A stretch of 64,000 nt of DNA, taken from Microcoleus sp. GTDB taxonomy: Bacteria > Cyanobacteriota > Cyanobacteriia > Cyanobacteriales > Microcoleaceae. This document shows, one piece after another, positions 22,571 to 32,511 of this stretch. Positions within the stretch are counted from its first letter, which is position 1; every line of letters starts with the position of its first letter. Both the position numbers and the translations under genes were made by a program. The stretch lies in the NCBI GenBank assembly GCA_042408215.1, contig JAYFMW010000017.1:740951-804950 (forward strand), given 5' to 3'. Below the pieces are notes generated by a model. That model did not search any database. It was not told the DNA's origin and was given only the letters and a program-made list of their open reading frames with translations.

Positions 22571-24613
22571 TCAACCATTCAGGGGTAAAGTTGGGCCGGC
22601 TGGGGGTAAAACTTGGCGGTGAACAGTTACTTTGTGGCTTTCCCGCTGAGTTTGCATTTCGACGGCGATCGCCTCAAATTCGACTTCCATGCAGCCGTAG
22701 GGGATTTCTAATTCGACTGTGGCTTGGATCTTACCCAGCCCGTTAGGTTTAAATTCGGTGATCCAGTGCGGCCCGTCGATAATTAGGTAGGTTTGGCGAT
22801 CGTACACCCAAATTTTGACGTAAATTCGGGGCATGAATTCTGGTAGTTGTACTCGCACTTTTACTAGACGCCCTGCGAGTATTTCGTTGCGGGGAAGTTC
22901 TAGAACTGGCATGGGTACTAAGTCGTCTTCTGGCAAAATGTAGGGGGTTAGGGCTGTTGTTTCTGCTTCGGTAGTTGTGGCTTTGGTACTAACTTGTGGC
23001 GGTGGTGGCGAGGATTCCTCGAAGATGACAAATTCTTGGGCTTCGGTGCTAGTGGATTTTGGATCGGGGATGATAATTTCTTGGACTTCGCTGGTTTCGG
23101 CTGGCTGTTCTGTTGGGCTGCTAATGTCGGGGACGGCAATTTCGTCGCTGCTATTTTCGTCGTCTTGTTGAGTTGGCGATAGTGCGGTTGCTGTTAGCCA
23201 TTCGGGGGATTCGCTGTTGCTGGCTAAGGAACTCAGTCGCGACCAAAATCTATTTTGGACGTTTAAGGTTTGAAATGCCTGTTTTGTAGGTGCTGGCTGG
23301 GTTTCTGGTGCTGCTGTTTCTGGTTGGGGCCTATTTTCTAGTTTTGGCTCGATGGGTGCTGTTTCGGCTGTTTGAAGGGGATTTGGGAAGTCGGTCGGTG
23401 GTTGGTGAGCGTAGTCGAACCGGGTTTGGGAGTCGATCGCTCTGGTCTCTGTTTGAGAGGTATTGGAGACTTCTGAGAGCAATTTGTCTCGGTTGCTGTC
23501 AGGCGGTTTGTGGCCGAATGCGGGCAGTTCTAGTTGATGGGTACTGCGATCGACCTCATACAGCGGACTGAGTTGAGGGGGTAAGGGTTCTGTTGTGGTA
23601 GATGTAGGGGGGGATGGATTGTCTAAGGATTTTTCGACTAGCTTGAGGAATGATAAATTTGGTGGACTAGCAGGCTGTTTTGGCGCTGTTGGGGAGGGTT
23701 TTGTTTGGGGCTTTGGTTCGCCGAAATTGTCTTCTATTACATCTAGAATCTGCTCTAAACGGGCTGTAATTGTGAAAAATTGGGTGGCTAGGGGGACACT
23801 GCCACTGCTGAGAATTGCTTCTCCTAAAATTAGGCGGCTTTTACACTCGGCTGGTATGTAGGTGACGCAAGCAAAGAGACAAGGGGGAAGTTGTTCTGGC
23901 ATCTGCTGTTGGATGGCTGCTAGAACTTGTGAGGTTTGGGGCTCGCGCAGGTAGATTTGCAGTTGTGCTGAACCGATGAGTTTTTTGAGTTCTTCGGTTT
24001 GGGAGTCGAGAATGGGGGTTGGGGGTTGGGGAAGGTCGATTTTGCCGGAAATGATTAGGGGGCGACCGAGTTGGGCTACGAAGGTTTCTCGATCGAGCAC
24101 GAGTTGCAGCTTGTCTGGGGATTTGGGCTGGGGGGTTTGGGGACTGGGGAATTCGGAGATTTTGGGGCGATGCGATTCTGGTTTGGCTTGGTTTTGGGAA
24201 AACCGATCGCCGGGAGTAGCGAGGGATCCCTCATCTAGGGGTGGCTGGGGTGCTGCGGTTTCGGATTCTAGGGACAATACTTCTAATTGAACGCCGTGCT
24301 GCCAGGGTTTGGCTGGTTTGGATTGGGGATCGGGTAAGCAGGATAGTTGCCACATTCCGGGTTTGAGTCTGGTGTAGGGAATGATGACGACTAATCCTTC
24401 TGGGTTGGTGCGGGCCGATCGACTTTGGGCTTGTCGCTGGGGGGATACTTCGTGGAAGGAAGTGTAGAAGACGCGAATTTCGATGTCGGCGTTGGGATGC
24501 GGAATGCGGCCGACGACGCGGTATCTACCTTCTAGAATTTCCACTGAGGGGGTTTCTAGGGGCAACCAGGCGCGATCGCCTTCTTTCTGTAGCAAAAATT
24601 CTAATTTTTTCAT
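22571..24613 (-). CDS. conserved cyanobacterial protein with long Pro-rich linker
   Basis: EFLLQKEGDRAWLPLE N-terminus, globular C-terminus; start MKKLEF chosen. Confidence 0.75.
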   Translation of the reverse strand: MKKLEFLLQKEGDRAWLPLETPSVEILEGRYRVVGRIPHPNADIEIRVFYTSFHEVSPQRQAQSRSARTNPEGLVVIIPYTRLKPGMWQLSCLPDPQSKPAKPWQHGVQLEVLSLESETAAPQPPLDEGSLATPGDRFSQNQAKPESHRPKISEFPSPQTPQPKSPDKLQLVLDRETFVAQLGRPLIISGKIDLPQPPTPILDSQTEELKKLIGSAQLQIYLREPQTSQVLAAIQQQMPEQLPPCLFACVTYIPAECKSRLILGEAILSSGSVPLATQFFTITARLEQILDVIEDNFGEPKPQTKPSPTAPKQPASPPNLSFLKLVEKSLDNPSPPTSTTTEPLPPQLSPLYEVDRSTHQLELPAFGHKPPDSNRDKLLSEVSNTSQTETRAIDSQTRFDYAHQPPTDFPNPLQTAETAPIEPKLENRPQPETAAPETQPAPTKQAFQTLNVQNRFWSRLSSLASNSESPEWLTATALSPTQQDDENSSDEIAVPDISSPTEQPAETSEVQEIIIPDPKSTSTEAQEFVIFEESSPPPPQVSTKATTTEAETTALTPYILPEDDLVPMPVLELPRNEILAGRLVKVRVQLPEFMPRIYVKIWVYDRQTYLIIDGPHWITEFKPNGLGKIQATVELEIPYGCMEVEFEAIAVEMQTQRESHKVTVHRQVLPPAGPTLPLNG

Positions 24614-24967
24614 CTTTTGTTTCCCCTTGAAGACCTCCGCTCTGTTAGTTAAAGGTTGGCGGTGGGTGGTTTTTCGGCAGCTACAGGCCGTCAATTATTT
24701 GATCTTTTACAGTTTATCACCTCGATCGGTCAAGTGTTGTCAGTTGTCAGTTGGCAGTTGTCAGTTGGTTATTTCGGTCCTGGACGCAGCTATTGTGTCT
24801 GTCATTCTGAGCTGCGCGACTAATGAAAGAATTACGTTGAAATGCCTAAGTCCTGTATTTGTTACCAATAACCTTCCAGGCTCTGCCTCCAATGCCCAAT
24901 GCCCAATGCCCAATACCCAATGCCCAATGCTATAAGGCCCAATTCCTCAACTCAAAACTATTCTACA

Positions 24968-26389
24968 TTACCAAGGACTACCGATGATGCTAAAAGCTGC
25001 CCAATAATATGGATGGGATAAGTTTTTGCCCTCCAGTTTGGGAATCGAAGGCGGCAGGAAGGTTTCGCCTCTAGAAGTTCGCAGTTTACCGTTTTCGATG
25101 TTGACTTTGCCTTCGATCGCAGCTATTTGTGCGAGGCGCATGGCTTCGGCTTTAATCATTGGGGGGTCTTTTGGTTGACTGACTTTTAAGTATTGGTAAA
25201 ACTCGGTCATCAGGGCTAGGGTGCCGGCGTCGCTGACGTACCACAGGCTGGCGATCGCCGATTTGGCTCCTGATTGGAGTGCTAAACCTGCAAATCCTAG
25301 TTCTGCTTCTTTGTCTCCGATCGCTGTTCTACAAGCACTTAATACTAACAGTTCTAAGGGCGGATTGTTCCATTTTAAATCTCTCATTTGATCGAGTCCG
25401 AGCTGGGTGTCCCAAAATTGGATGTAGGAGTTATTTGGGGCTCCGGGTCGAAATTCTGCGTGGGTAGCAAGGTGGATGATGCCGTATCTTTGTTGCAGCC
25501 GCTGGGATTGCAAGTTTACGATGGTGAAGTCTTCGTCGATCAATGATTGACCGGGCCATTGTTGGGCGATCGCACTTAGTTCTAACGGAACTGCTGGTAA
25601 TGGTTGTTGGTTGGATGTTTCTGCAAAAATTGATGCCCCCATTGCTAGCACTTTGGCGTTTCTAAGATCGGCGTAATTAATGTCTGTTAGTTTGAAAGCG
25701 GGGATGCGGGCTAGGCTATATTTTTGGATCAGAAATTGCAGTCCGTCGTGCATGGCGGCTAAGGGTAAGGTTCGCAAACCTGTACCAACGCAGAATAGTA
25801 GAGTGTCAATTTTTGCTATTTGCAAGTCTGTTTCTAGGGGGGCTATTATCCATTTGTAAAGTGTTTGAGCTGGTTCTAGATAGCTGGTGGTGTTGATTTT
25901 TATGGGGTTGGTGATTTCGCTAGTGAATTCTTTGGCTACTAACAGCAGTTTCTGTTGTTTGGCTTCGGGGATGCTGCGGTGAATTGGAGGTCGATCGGGC
26001 AATATTAAGATGAGTTCTAGTTGGTCATTGCGCGGTAGGGCGTAGATTAAAGCTGGTTTTTTCTTGGTTTGAACTGCTAAGCGGGATAGGGTTTTGGCGA
26101 TTGCTGTGGCGTTTTTCGATCGCCCCGAAAAATTTTGGGCAAAATATTTCTGAAAGTCTTCTTCCCAGTCTTCCTCGATTCTAGTTACGGCTGCGGTGAG
26201 ATCGCCGCGATCGAGAATTTGTCTCATTTCGGAGCCGTTGAGTCCTTCTGTTTGGTTGTTTTGGGCAATTGTAGCGAGATTGCCGGTACTCCAGCACAAA
26301 AAGATGACTGTCAAACAGTAGAAAATCGCTGTTTTAATTTTTTTCTGAATTGTATTTTTGGCGCGGTGCTGCTGGGATTGATAGTGCAT
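24968..26389 (-). CDS. CHAT (caspase/HetF-like) domain protein, probably exported
   Basis: IHLATHAEF, LVLSACRTA, ASLWYVSD, HPYYWAAF; hydrophobic N-terminus. Confidence 0.93.
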   Translation of the reverse strand: MHYQSQQHRAKNTIQKKIKTAIFYCLTVIFLCWSTGNLATIAQNNQTEGLNGSEMRQILDRGDLTAAVTRIEEDWEEDFQKYFAQNFSGRSKNATAIAKTLSRLAVQTKKKPALIYALPRNDQLELILILPDRPPIHRSIPEAKQQKLLLVAKEFTSEITNPIKINTTSYLEPAQTLYKWIIAPLETDLQIAKIDTLLFCVGTGLRTLPLAAMHDGLQFLIQKYSLARIPAFKLTDINYADLRNAKVLAMGASIFAETSNQQPLPAVPLELSAIAQQWPGQSLIDEDFTIVNLQSQRLQQRYGIIHLATHAEFRPGAPNNSYIQFWDTQLGLDQMRDLKWNNPPLELLVLSACRTAIGDKEAELGFAGLALQSGAKSAIASLWYVSDAGTLALMTEFYQYLKVSQPKDPPMIKAEAMRLAQIAAIEGKVNIENGKLRTSRGETFLPPSIPKLEGKNLSHPYYWAAFSIIGSPW

Positions 26390-26816
26390 TGTTTTGTTGC
26401 TGACTGTACGGTTGAGGGTGCGGTTGGTGGCAGCAGTGGGAACAGATTTTAATAGTGTGGGTGGCTATATGCCGATCGTCGCCCGATTATAGCACTAAGC
26501 CTCAGCAGCTCTTCCTCTGTGGGGTGGGCACTCTGAGCCCGCCCGATCGTTAATCTTTGTATCCGTGCCGAAACCCGTCTCGTAGATTTACCGAGTTTTT
26601 GTAAAGTTTTGTAAAGTTTTTTGAGTTTTGCATAAAAATACCCGATCGCGACAGAGAAAGAAATAGAGGGGAATACACAGGGAGGCGGCTTTAAGGAGGG
26701 GCTGAACCGGGAAAACGCACTCAATCTGTGAGAATTACAGCAGATTCCACATTTATGAAGGATACCGCGCGATCGATCTATCCCCACCGTAGGGACAAAG
26801 GCTTTCGCCCTTCTTC

Positions 26817-27006
26817 GTGTCAACTTAACGTCAAACCCTGTCACAGACTGCTGTTTGACTATTAACGCAAGATCCCCCCTAGCCCCCCTTAAGAAGGGGG
26901 GGACAAGAGTCTTTTCAAAGTCCCCCTTCTTAAGGGGGATTTAGGGGGATCTAGACTTAGGGTAAAACCCAGATTTATCAAGGGTTTCAGCCTGGTTGTT
27001 GACACC
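26817..27006. mobile_element. MITE with GTGTCAAC terminal inverted repeats
   Basis: GTGTCAAC...GTTGACAC ends and CCCCCTTAAGAAGGGGG palindromes; same family as 40948-41144. Confidence 0.65.
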
Positions 27007-27120
27007 TATGGGCACGCTTGAGTGTCCCTACTTCATAAACTTGGAATACGCTGTTACCTAAATCGGGCGGCTGCTACAGCAGTCTGAGACAATTTTTCTC
27101 AGTACACTTGGATCTCAAAC

Positions 27121-27795
27121 ATGAGCACAAACAGTGAAATTGACGAGCAATTGGAGCGACTGGCGATGGAAGCTCAACACCACAAACCTAAAAGTTTACA
27201 GCGACGAACAGCTTTGAGCAAGCTGTATGCAGCGATCGAGCAATTCCAGATAGTTGGTATGCCGCGATCGCAAGATTTTTCCCGCGAGACTTACGAGGCA
27301 ATTTATACAGAGGCAAAACAGGATTTAATGCTGTGCATATTCAGAGAAATTGACAAGTACAACCCCAGCAGAGGTACTGTCAGACAGTGGGTAAATTTCC
27401 TGATGAATAAACGCTGTATTAATGAAGCTATTCCTAAAGTTTTAGGACCGAAGGGATTTACAACTTTATACTACGGAGATATGGATGTGATTTTGAATAA
27501 TTTGAAACGAAAGGATCGCTTTTTTAATAAATTGCTGCTTGGTGAAGAAGATGAATCCGATCGATCGGCATCAGCACTCAGAGAGATGATTGCAACCGAT
27601 CCGGGGGATGTTTTCAAAAGCGCAGCGATCAAAAAACACCCGCAAATCAATTTTCAAATGTTACTTTTGAAGAGAGGGGATCAAGTAAGTTGGCAGCAAA
27701 TTTCGGAAGAGTTCGGAGTAAAGGTTCCGACTTTGAGCTGTTTTTATAGGAGATGCTTGCAGAAATTCACAGCCCGATTCAGAGAATACTTGTAG
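27121..27795 (+). CDS. sigma70-like / HTH regulatory protein
   Basis: IDKYNPSRGTVRQWVNFLM resembles sigma region 2; C-terminal HTH SWQQISEEFGVKVPTLS. Confidence 0.7.
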   Translation: MSTNSEIDEQLERLAMEAQHHKPKSLQRRTALSKLYAAIEQFQIVGMPRSQDFSRETYEAIYTEAKQDLMLCIFREIDKYNPSRGTVRQWVNFLMNKRCINEAIPKVLGPKGFTTLYYGDMDVILNNLKRKDRFFNKLLLGEEDESDRSASALREMIATDPGDVFKSAAIKKHPQINFQMLLLKRGDQVSWQQISEEFGVKVPTLSCFYRRCLQKFTARFREYL

Positions 27796-27825
27796 AACAT
27801 TAAATCAGTCAGGAATAGATAAATC

Positions 27826-28755
27826 ATGAATAACACAGCAGTTGATTTTGTTTTGACAATTCCCATCGGCTCTTCGGCCCACCGCAGCGCTCAAGAGCTT
27901 TGTCAGCAACAAACTAATCCCGAAACAGCCAAACAGGTTTACCTGAATGCTTTGGCCGTACACGCCGTCAATTTTTACTTTCAGTGTTTGGAAATAGAGA
28001 CGGATTTGGCGGCGAGCGATATTTGGAATCCGGCGGTGCAGAGATTTATGGATGTTGCGGATTTGGATGTCAAAAATATTGGCAAGTTGGAGTGCCGGTG
28101 GGTAGCGCCCGGTCAAGATTTTGTCTCGATTCCCGCAGAAGTGCGATCGGACAGAATTGGTTATGTGGTGGTAGAGATGAGTGAATCGCTAAAAGAGGCA
28201 AAGTTGCTGGGATTTCTGGAAAAAGCAGACAGAGAACAAGTAGCAGTCAGCGAGTTGAAATCGATCGACAACCTGCTAGAATATTTAGATGCATTCAAAC
28301 CAGTCAATCTCAGTCAGTGGTTCGACAATGTTGTCGAGCCAGCCTGGGAAACACTGGAAACCCTGTTTGATTCAGGGCCAAAACTACAGTGGGCGTTCAG
28401 AAGTCCTCAACTTTTGGAAACCCCAGCTTCAAAATCAGCAACTCTGCCGCCAAAAAGAGGTAAAATACTCAACTTAGAGCGGGGGGAAGAGCGAGTAGCT
28501 TTAGTTGTGGGATTGAGCAAAACTGACGAATCGGAGATAGATATTTCCGTAGAGGTTTATCCCGCAAACAATCAAAAAAATCTGCCCCATGACTTAAAGT
28601 TGATGATACTGGATGAGGAAGGAGAAACTTTGATGCAGGCTAGAGCCAATAAAACGGACAATCTGCTATTTGAGTTTAACGGAGAACCAGGAGAAAAATT
28701 TAGCGTCAAAGTGGTTTTGGGCGATTTCAGCGTGACTGAAAATTTTTTAATATAA
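27826..28755 (+). CDS. DUF1822 family protein
   Basis: KQVYLNALAVHAV, GKLECR, DRIGYVVV, VNLSQWF, GEKFSVKV. Confidence 0.88.
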   Translation: MNNTAVDFVLTIPIGSSAHRSAQELCQQQTNPETAKQVYLNALAVHAVNFYFQCLEIETDLAASDIWNPAVQRFMDVADLDVKNIGKLECRWVAPGQDFVSIPAEVRSDRIGYVVVEMSESLKEAKLLGFLEKADREQVAVSELKSIDNLLEYLDAFKPVNLSQWFDNVVEPAWETLETLFDSGPKLQWAFRSPQLLETPASKSATLPPKRGKILNLERGEERVALVVGLSKTDESEIDISVEVYPANNQKNLPHDLKLMILDEEGETLMQARANKTDNLLFEFNGEPGEKFSVKVVLGDFSVTENFLI

Positions 28756-28783
28756 TCGTCAAATATCAATGGGGGGGTGAGGA

Positions 28784-31246
28784 ATGGATAAGTTAGTTGC
28801 GATCAAATTAGACGGCAATTTGAAAACGCAGGATTTCCGAATTAGTTTAAAAATAGGGGAAAACAATCAGTTGTTTTGGATTGACATTACCGAACCCGCA
28901 AAATTGCCTGCAAATCCAGAATTAGCAGCTTTTGAAGAAGAACATTGGGCGAAAAAATATCGAGTTTTGGGAGAGCGTTACCGCCGCCAGTCACAAAAAT
29001 ATCTGCGTTTAATTTATCCATTGCTGCACCAAAATCCCAAACACAATATCACTTTTCGCTCTGCTGGTAAAGGATTGTCTTTTCGGATTAAACCTAAAGT
29101 CGTTAAGCTCAAATCTTTGCATAAGGAATGTATAGAATCTGGTGAACAACTGGCACTGATGCTGAATGATTGGTTGCAGTGTCCAGAGTTTCGGAATGTA
29201 GAAAGGCTGATTAGAGATAATTTAAATATTAACGAAGAAGCAAGGGTGCTGATTTGTACGGAAGATAAGCACTTGCAAAAGCTGCCTTGGCATCGGTGGG
29301 ATTTATTTAAAAGCTTCCCTAAAGTTGAACCGTCGCTGAGTAAATTAAACTATATAGAATCGGAAATTCCGCGCCAACCAGTCCGCAAATCTCAGGTGAG
29401 AATTTTAGCAATTTTCGGTCACAGTGAAGGGATTGATGTCACAGAAGATCTCAAAATTTTGAATGATTTATCTCCCTTTGCTGAAGTAATTTTTTTAGTA
29501 AAACCCACACGTCAGGAAATTAACGATCGCCTTTGGGAAGAATCTTGGGATATTATATTTTTTGCCGGACATGGCGAAACTAAAGATGATGAAGGTGTAA
29601 TTTATATCAATCCAAATGATAGTTTAACTATAGATGAATTGTGGTACGGCTTGAGAAAGGCGGTGGATAGGGGTTTGCAATTGGCAATTTTTAACTGCTG
29701 CGATGGGTTGGGTTTGGCGAGGCAATTAGATGATTTTCAGATGATTCCGCAAATGATTTTAATGCGGGAGTTGGTGCCGGATTTTGTAGCTCAAGAATTT
29801 TTGAAATATTTTCTGACGGAGTTTGTAAAGGGCAAGTCTTTGTATACAGCAGCGAGGGAGGCGCGACAGCGATTGGAGGGTTTGGAGGATCGGTTTCCTT
29901 GTGCTAGTTGGCTACCTGTAATTTGGCAGCATCCGGGGGCTATTCCGCCTGTTTGGAATGATTTTTTGATTGAGCCTGATTCGCCGGCAGGTGCGATCGA
30001 CCTTCCGGCTCTCCATCCTCCCGCAAAAAGGCCACCAGTTCAGGTTTTTTCGCGCTTGGCGGCGGTTGTATTGGCGAGTGCAGGGTGTACCCTGGGGGTG
30101 ATGGTAGCGCGTTATTTTGGGTTGATGCAGCCGTGGGAATTGGCAGCGTTCGATCGGCTAATGAGCCAGCGGCAAGCTGAACTCATTGACTCGCGGCTGT
30201 TGGTTGTAGAGGTGACAGACAGCGATACTGGCAAATACGAATATCCTCAAAATGATGGTATTGTAGCGAGGGCGATCGCCAAAATAGAGCATTTTCAACC
30301 TTTAGCGATCGGCTTGAATATGCACCGCTATCAAGCCAGACCTCCAGGGCGTAAAGATTTAATTGCTCTTTTTGCAAAAAATCCAAATCTGATTACTGTA
30401 TGTAGTTACAATTATTTCAAAATCCACGAGCCACCACCGGAATTTTCTCAGGCTCAATTAAACAAACAAGTTGGTTTCAGCAATTTAATCAAGGAGGAAA
30501 AACCTAACGAAAAAGGTGAGAGCGTTCGCATTCAACCTTTATCCTACGAGCCCAATCTTTCCGATTATACTGACAATTGTAAAACTCCCAACAGCTTCAG
30601 TTGGCTGATGGCTTTGCAGTTCTTAAAAAATCAAGGTATAGAAATTAATATAACTCACAACCAAGAATTTGAAGTTGGTGATGTCACATTCAAAAGACTA
30701 GCTGCTCGTACAGGAGGTTATCAAAATTTAGATGCGCGAATTAATCAAATATTGCTCAACTATCGAGCTTACCCAAAACCGGCTTTAAAAGTAACGCTTC
30801 AACAAGTCTTGGAGGGTCAAATAAACTCCGATTTAGTCAAAGGTAAAATTGTCCTGATCGGCCACACTTCGCAAGCTTCTAGGGAGGATTCTGATACTCC
30901 TTACGGCAAAATGTCGGGAGTGTGGATTCAGGCTCACATGATTAGTCAAATCCTCAGTGCTGTAATTGATAAAAGACCGCTATTGCGGGTTTTACCTGAA
31001 TGGCAAGGATTGCAGTGGGGAGATGCTGTTTTTGTTTGGTTGGCGAGTTTGACTGGCGGGTTGCTAGCTTGGCGCGGGCGATCGCTTTTAGTGTTCGGAA
31101 TCGCTTCTGGGGCTGCAATTTTTGTCTTGTATCAAGGTTGTATTGTCATGTTGACTTTTGGCGGTTGGATGCCGTTAATTCCTTCAGTTGTGGCTTTGGT
31201 TTGTACGGGTTGTATTGTGTTTATATACGACTCGATCCCCCCTTAG
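28784..31246 (+). CDS. CHAT + CHASE2 membrane protein
   Basis: FFAGHG and AIFNCCDG dyad motifs, TM, ELAAFDRLM..KIVLIG..GVWIQAH CHASE2, three C-terminal TMs. Confidence 0.9.
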   Translation: MDKLVAIKLDGNLKTQDFRISLKIGENNQLFWIDITEPAKLPANPELAAFEEEHWAKKYRVLGERYRRQSQKYLRLIYPLLHQNPKHNITFRSAGKGLSFRIKPKVVKLKSLHKECIESGEQLALMLNDWLQCPEFRNVERLIRDNLNINEEARVLICTEDKHLQKLPWHRWDLFKSFPKVEPSLSKLNYIESEIPRQPVRKSQVRILAIFGHSEGIDVTEDLKILNDLSPFAEVIFLVKPTRQEINDRLWEESWDIIFFAGHGETKDDEGVIYINPNDSLTIDELWYGLRKAVDRGLQLAIFNCCDGLGLARQLDDFQMIPQMILMRELVPDFVAQEFLKYFLTEFVKGKSLYTAAREARQRLEGLEDRFPCASWLPVIWQHPGAIPPVWNDFLIEPDSPAGAIDLPALHPPAKRPPVQVFSRLAAVVLASAGCTLGVMVARYFGLMQPWELAAFDRLMSQRQAELIDSRLLVVEVTDSDTGKYEYPQNDGIVARAIAKIEHFQPLAIGLNMHRYQARPPGRKDLIALFAKNPNLITVCSYNYFKIHEPPPEFSQAQLNKQVGFSNLIKEEKPNEKGESVRIQPLSYEPNLSDYTDNCKTPNSFSWLMALQFLKNQGIEINITHNQEFEVGDVTFKRLAARTGGYQNLDARINQILLNYRAYPKPALKVTLQQVLEGQINSDLVKGKIVLIGHTSQASREDSDTPYGKMSGVWIQAHMISQILSAVIDKRPLLRVLPEWQGLQWGDAVFVWLASLTGGLLAWRGRSLLVFGIASGAAIFVLYQGCIVMLTFGGWMPLIPSVVALVCTGCIVFIYDSIPP

Positions 31247-31510
31247 CTTGCCCCCTACTCAACCCCTACTCCCCTTAAGAAGCAGGGCTGTTTCATTCTC
31301 GGAAAAACCGCGATTTTGTAGGGGTAGTGCGACCCCTACTCCCCGTGCCTACCCCCCCACCAACCATCAAATCAGCGTTTCAGACCTCTGGGCGGGCACG
31401 GGGGCACCGCCCCTACAAAGAATGAAACAGCCCTGCCTTAAGAAGGGGAGTAGGGGGTGGGACAAGAACACTCAAAGTCCCCTTCTTAAGGGACAAGAAC
31501 ACTCAAAGTC

Positions 31511-31719
31511 CCCCTTCTTAAGGGGGATTTAGGGGGATCTAGACTTCGATACAAGCGAGGGTTTCTGTGCATTCAAAGTCAACCCCTACTCCCCTTCTTA
31601 AGGGGGATTTAGGGGGATCTAGACTTCGATACAAGCGAGGGTTTCTGTGCATTCAAAGTCAACCCCTACTCCCCTTCTTAAGGGGGATTTAGGGGGATCT
31701 AGACTTCGATACAAGCGAG
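31511..31719. repeat. 80-bp tandem repeat (about 2.6 copies) containing the CCCCTTCTTAAGGGGG palindrome
   Basis: Units begin at 31511, 31591 and 31671. Confidence 0.9.
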
Positions 31720-31724
31720 ATATT

Positions 31725-32423
31725 ATGATGAAAATACCGTTACAAATACTGTTGGTTTCAATTTGGGCGATCGGCTTTGCATCAGCGATCGCCAATTCTG
31801 CTATTTCCGCAACACCTAAAACACCTCCCCCTCCTAATACTAAGCCAGGGGGAGGACTCGACCCCTCCAACTCGTTTTGCAAAAAAACAAACCAGCGACT
31901 TACTGCTCTGATTCCTCCCAAAACTCCAGGCTACACTACTGCTAGCAATCCTAGTTTTTGGTTTTACATTCCCCATGCTCCTGAAGATCTAAAAAAAGGA
32001 GAATTTGTGCTGCTGAGTCAAGACGAAAAGACTGTGATTTACGAAACAGATTTTCAGCTACCTAAAACTTCAGGGATTGTTAGCATTAGTTTGCCATTGT
32101 CTCCAGAGAATGCTTTGAAAGAAGGGAACTATTACCATTGGTATTTGAGAATATACTGCAAAAATAGTACGCGCTCCCGTGCAGATTTGGTGGTGGATGG
32201 ATGGGTGAATCGGGTAGCGGTAACTGCTGAAACTGAGCGTTTGATTAATGCGGCGGCACCTGATATTTGGTACGATTCGCTGACTCGTTTGGGCAATTTG
32301 CTGTTGGCTTCACCACAAGATGAAAAATTGAAAAGAGACTGGTATAAATTGTTAGAGTTTATTGGGGAAAAAGAGTTAGCGAAAGAACCGTTAGCGGGGC
32401 CAGTTTTGGTGAATCAGGACTAA
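31725..32423 (+). CDS. DUF928 domain protein with signal peptide
   Basis: LTALIP, PSFWFYIP, YHWYL, IWYDSL. Confidence 0.88.
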   Translation: MMKIPLQILLVSIWAIGFASAIANSAISATPKTPPPPNTKPGGGLDPSNSFCKKTNQRLTALIPPKTPGYTTASNPSFWFYIPHAPEDLKKGEFVLLSQDEKTVIYETDFQLPKTSGIVSISLPLSPENALKEGNYYHWYLRIYCKNSTRSRADLVVDGWVNRVAVTAETERLINAAAPDIWYDSLTRLGNLLLASPQDEKLKRDWYKLLEFIGEKELAKEPLAGPVLVNQD

Positions 32424-32511
32424 AGTCCTTACTACAAACAAATTTAATTCTGAACGTAGGTTTGTCGTGAGGACTTTAGTCCTCTGCTGTGGTGATAGGA
32501 ATCCTAATAAT

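Noticed and set aside
31511..31719. Possible CRISPR array
   Set aside because: Whole 80-bp units are identical tandem copies with no unique spacers
31647..31724. Longer N-terminus for DUF928
   Set aside because: Derived from the 80-bp repeat; the signal peptide starts at 31725
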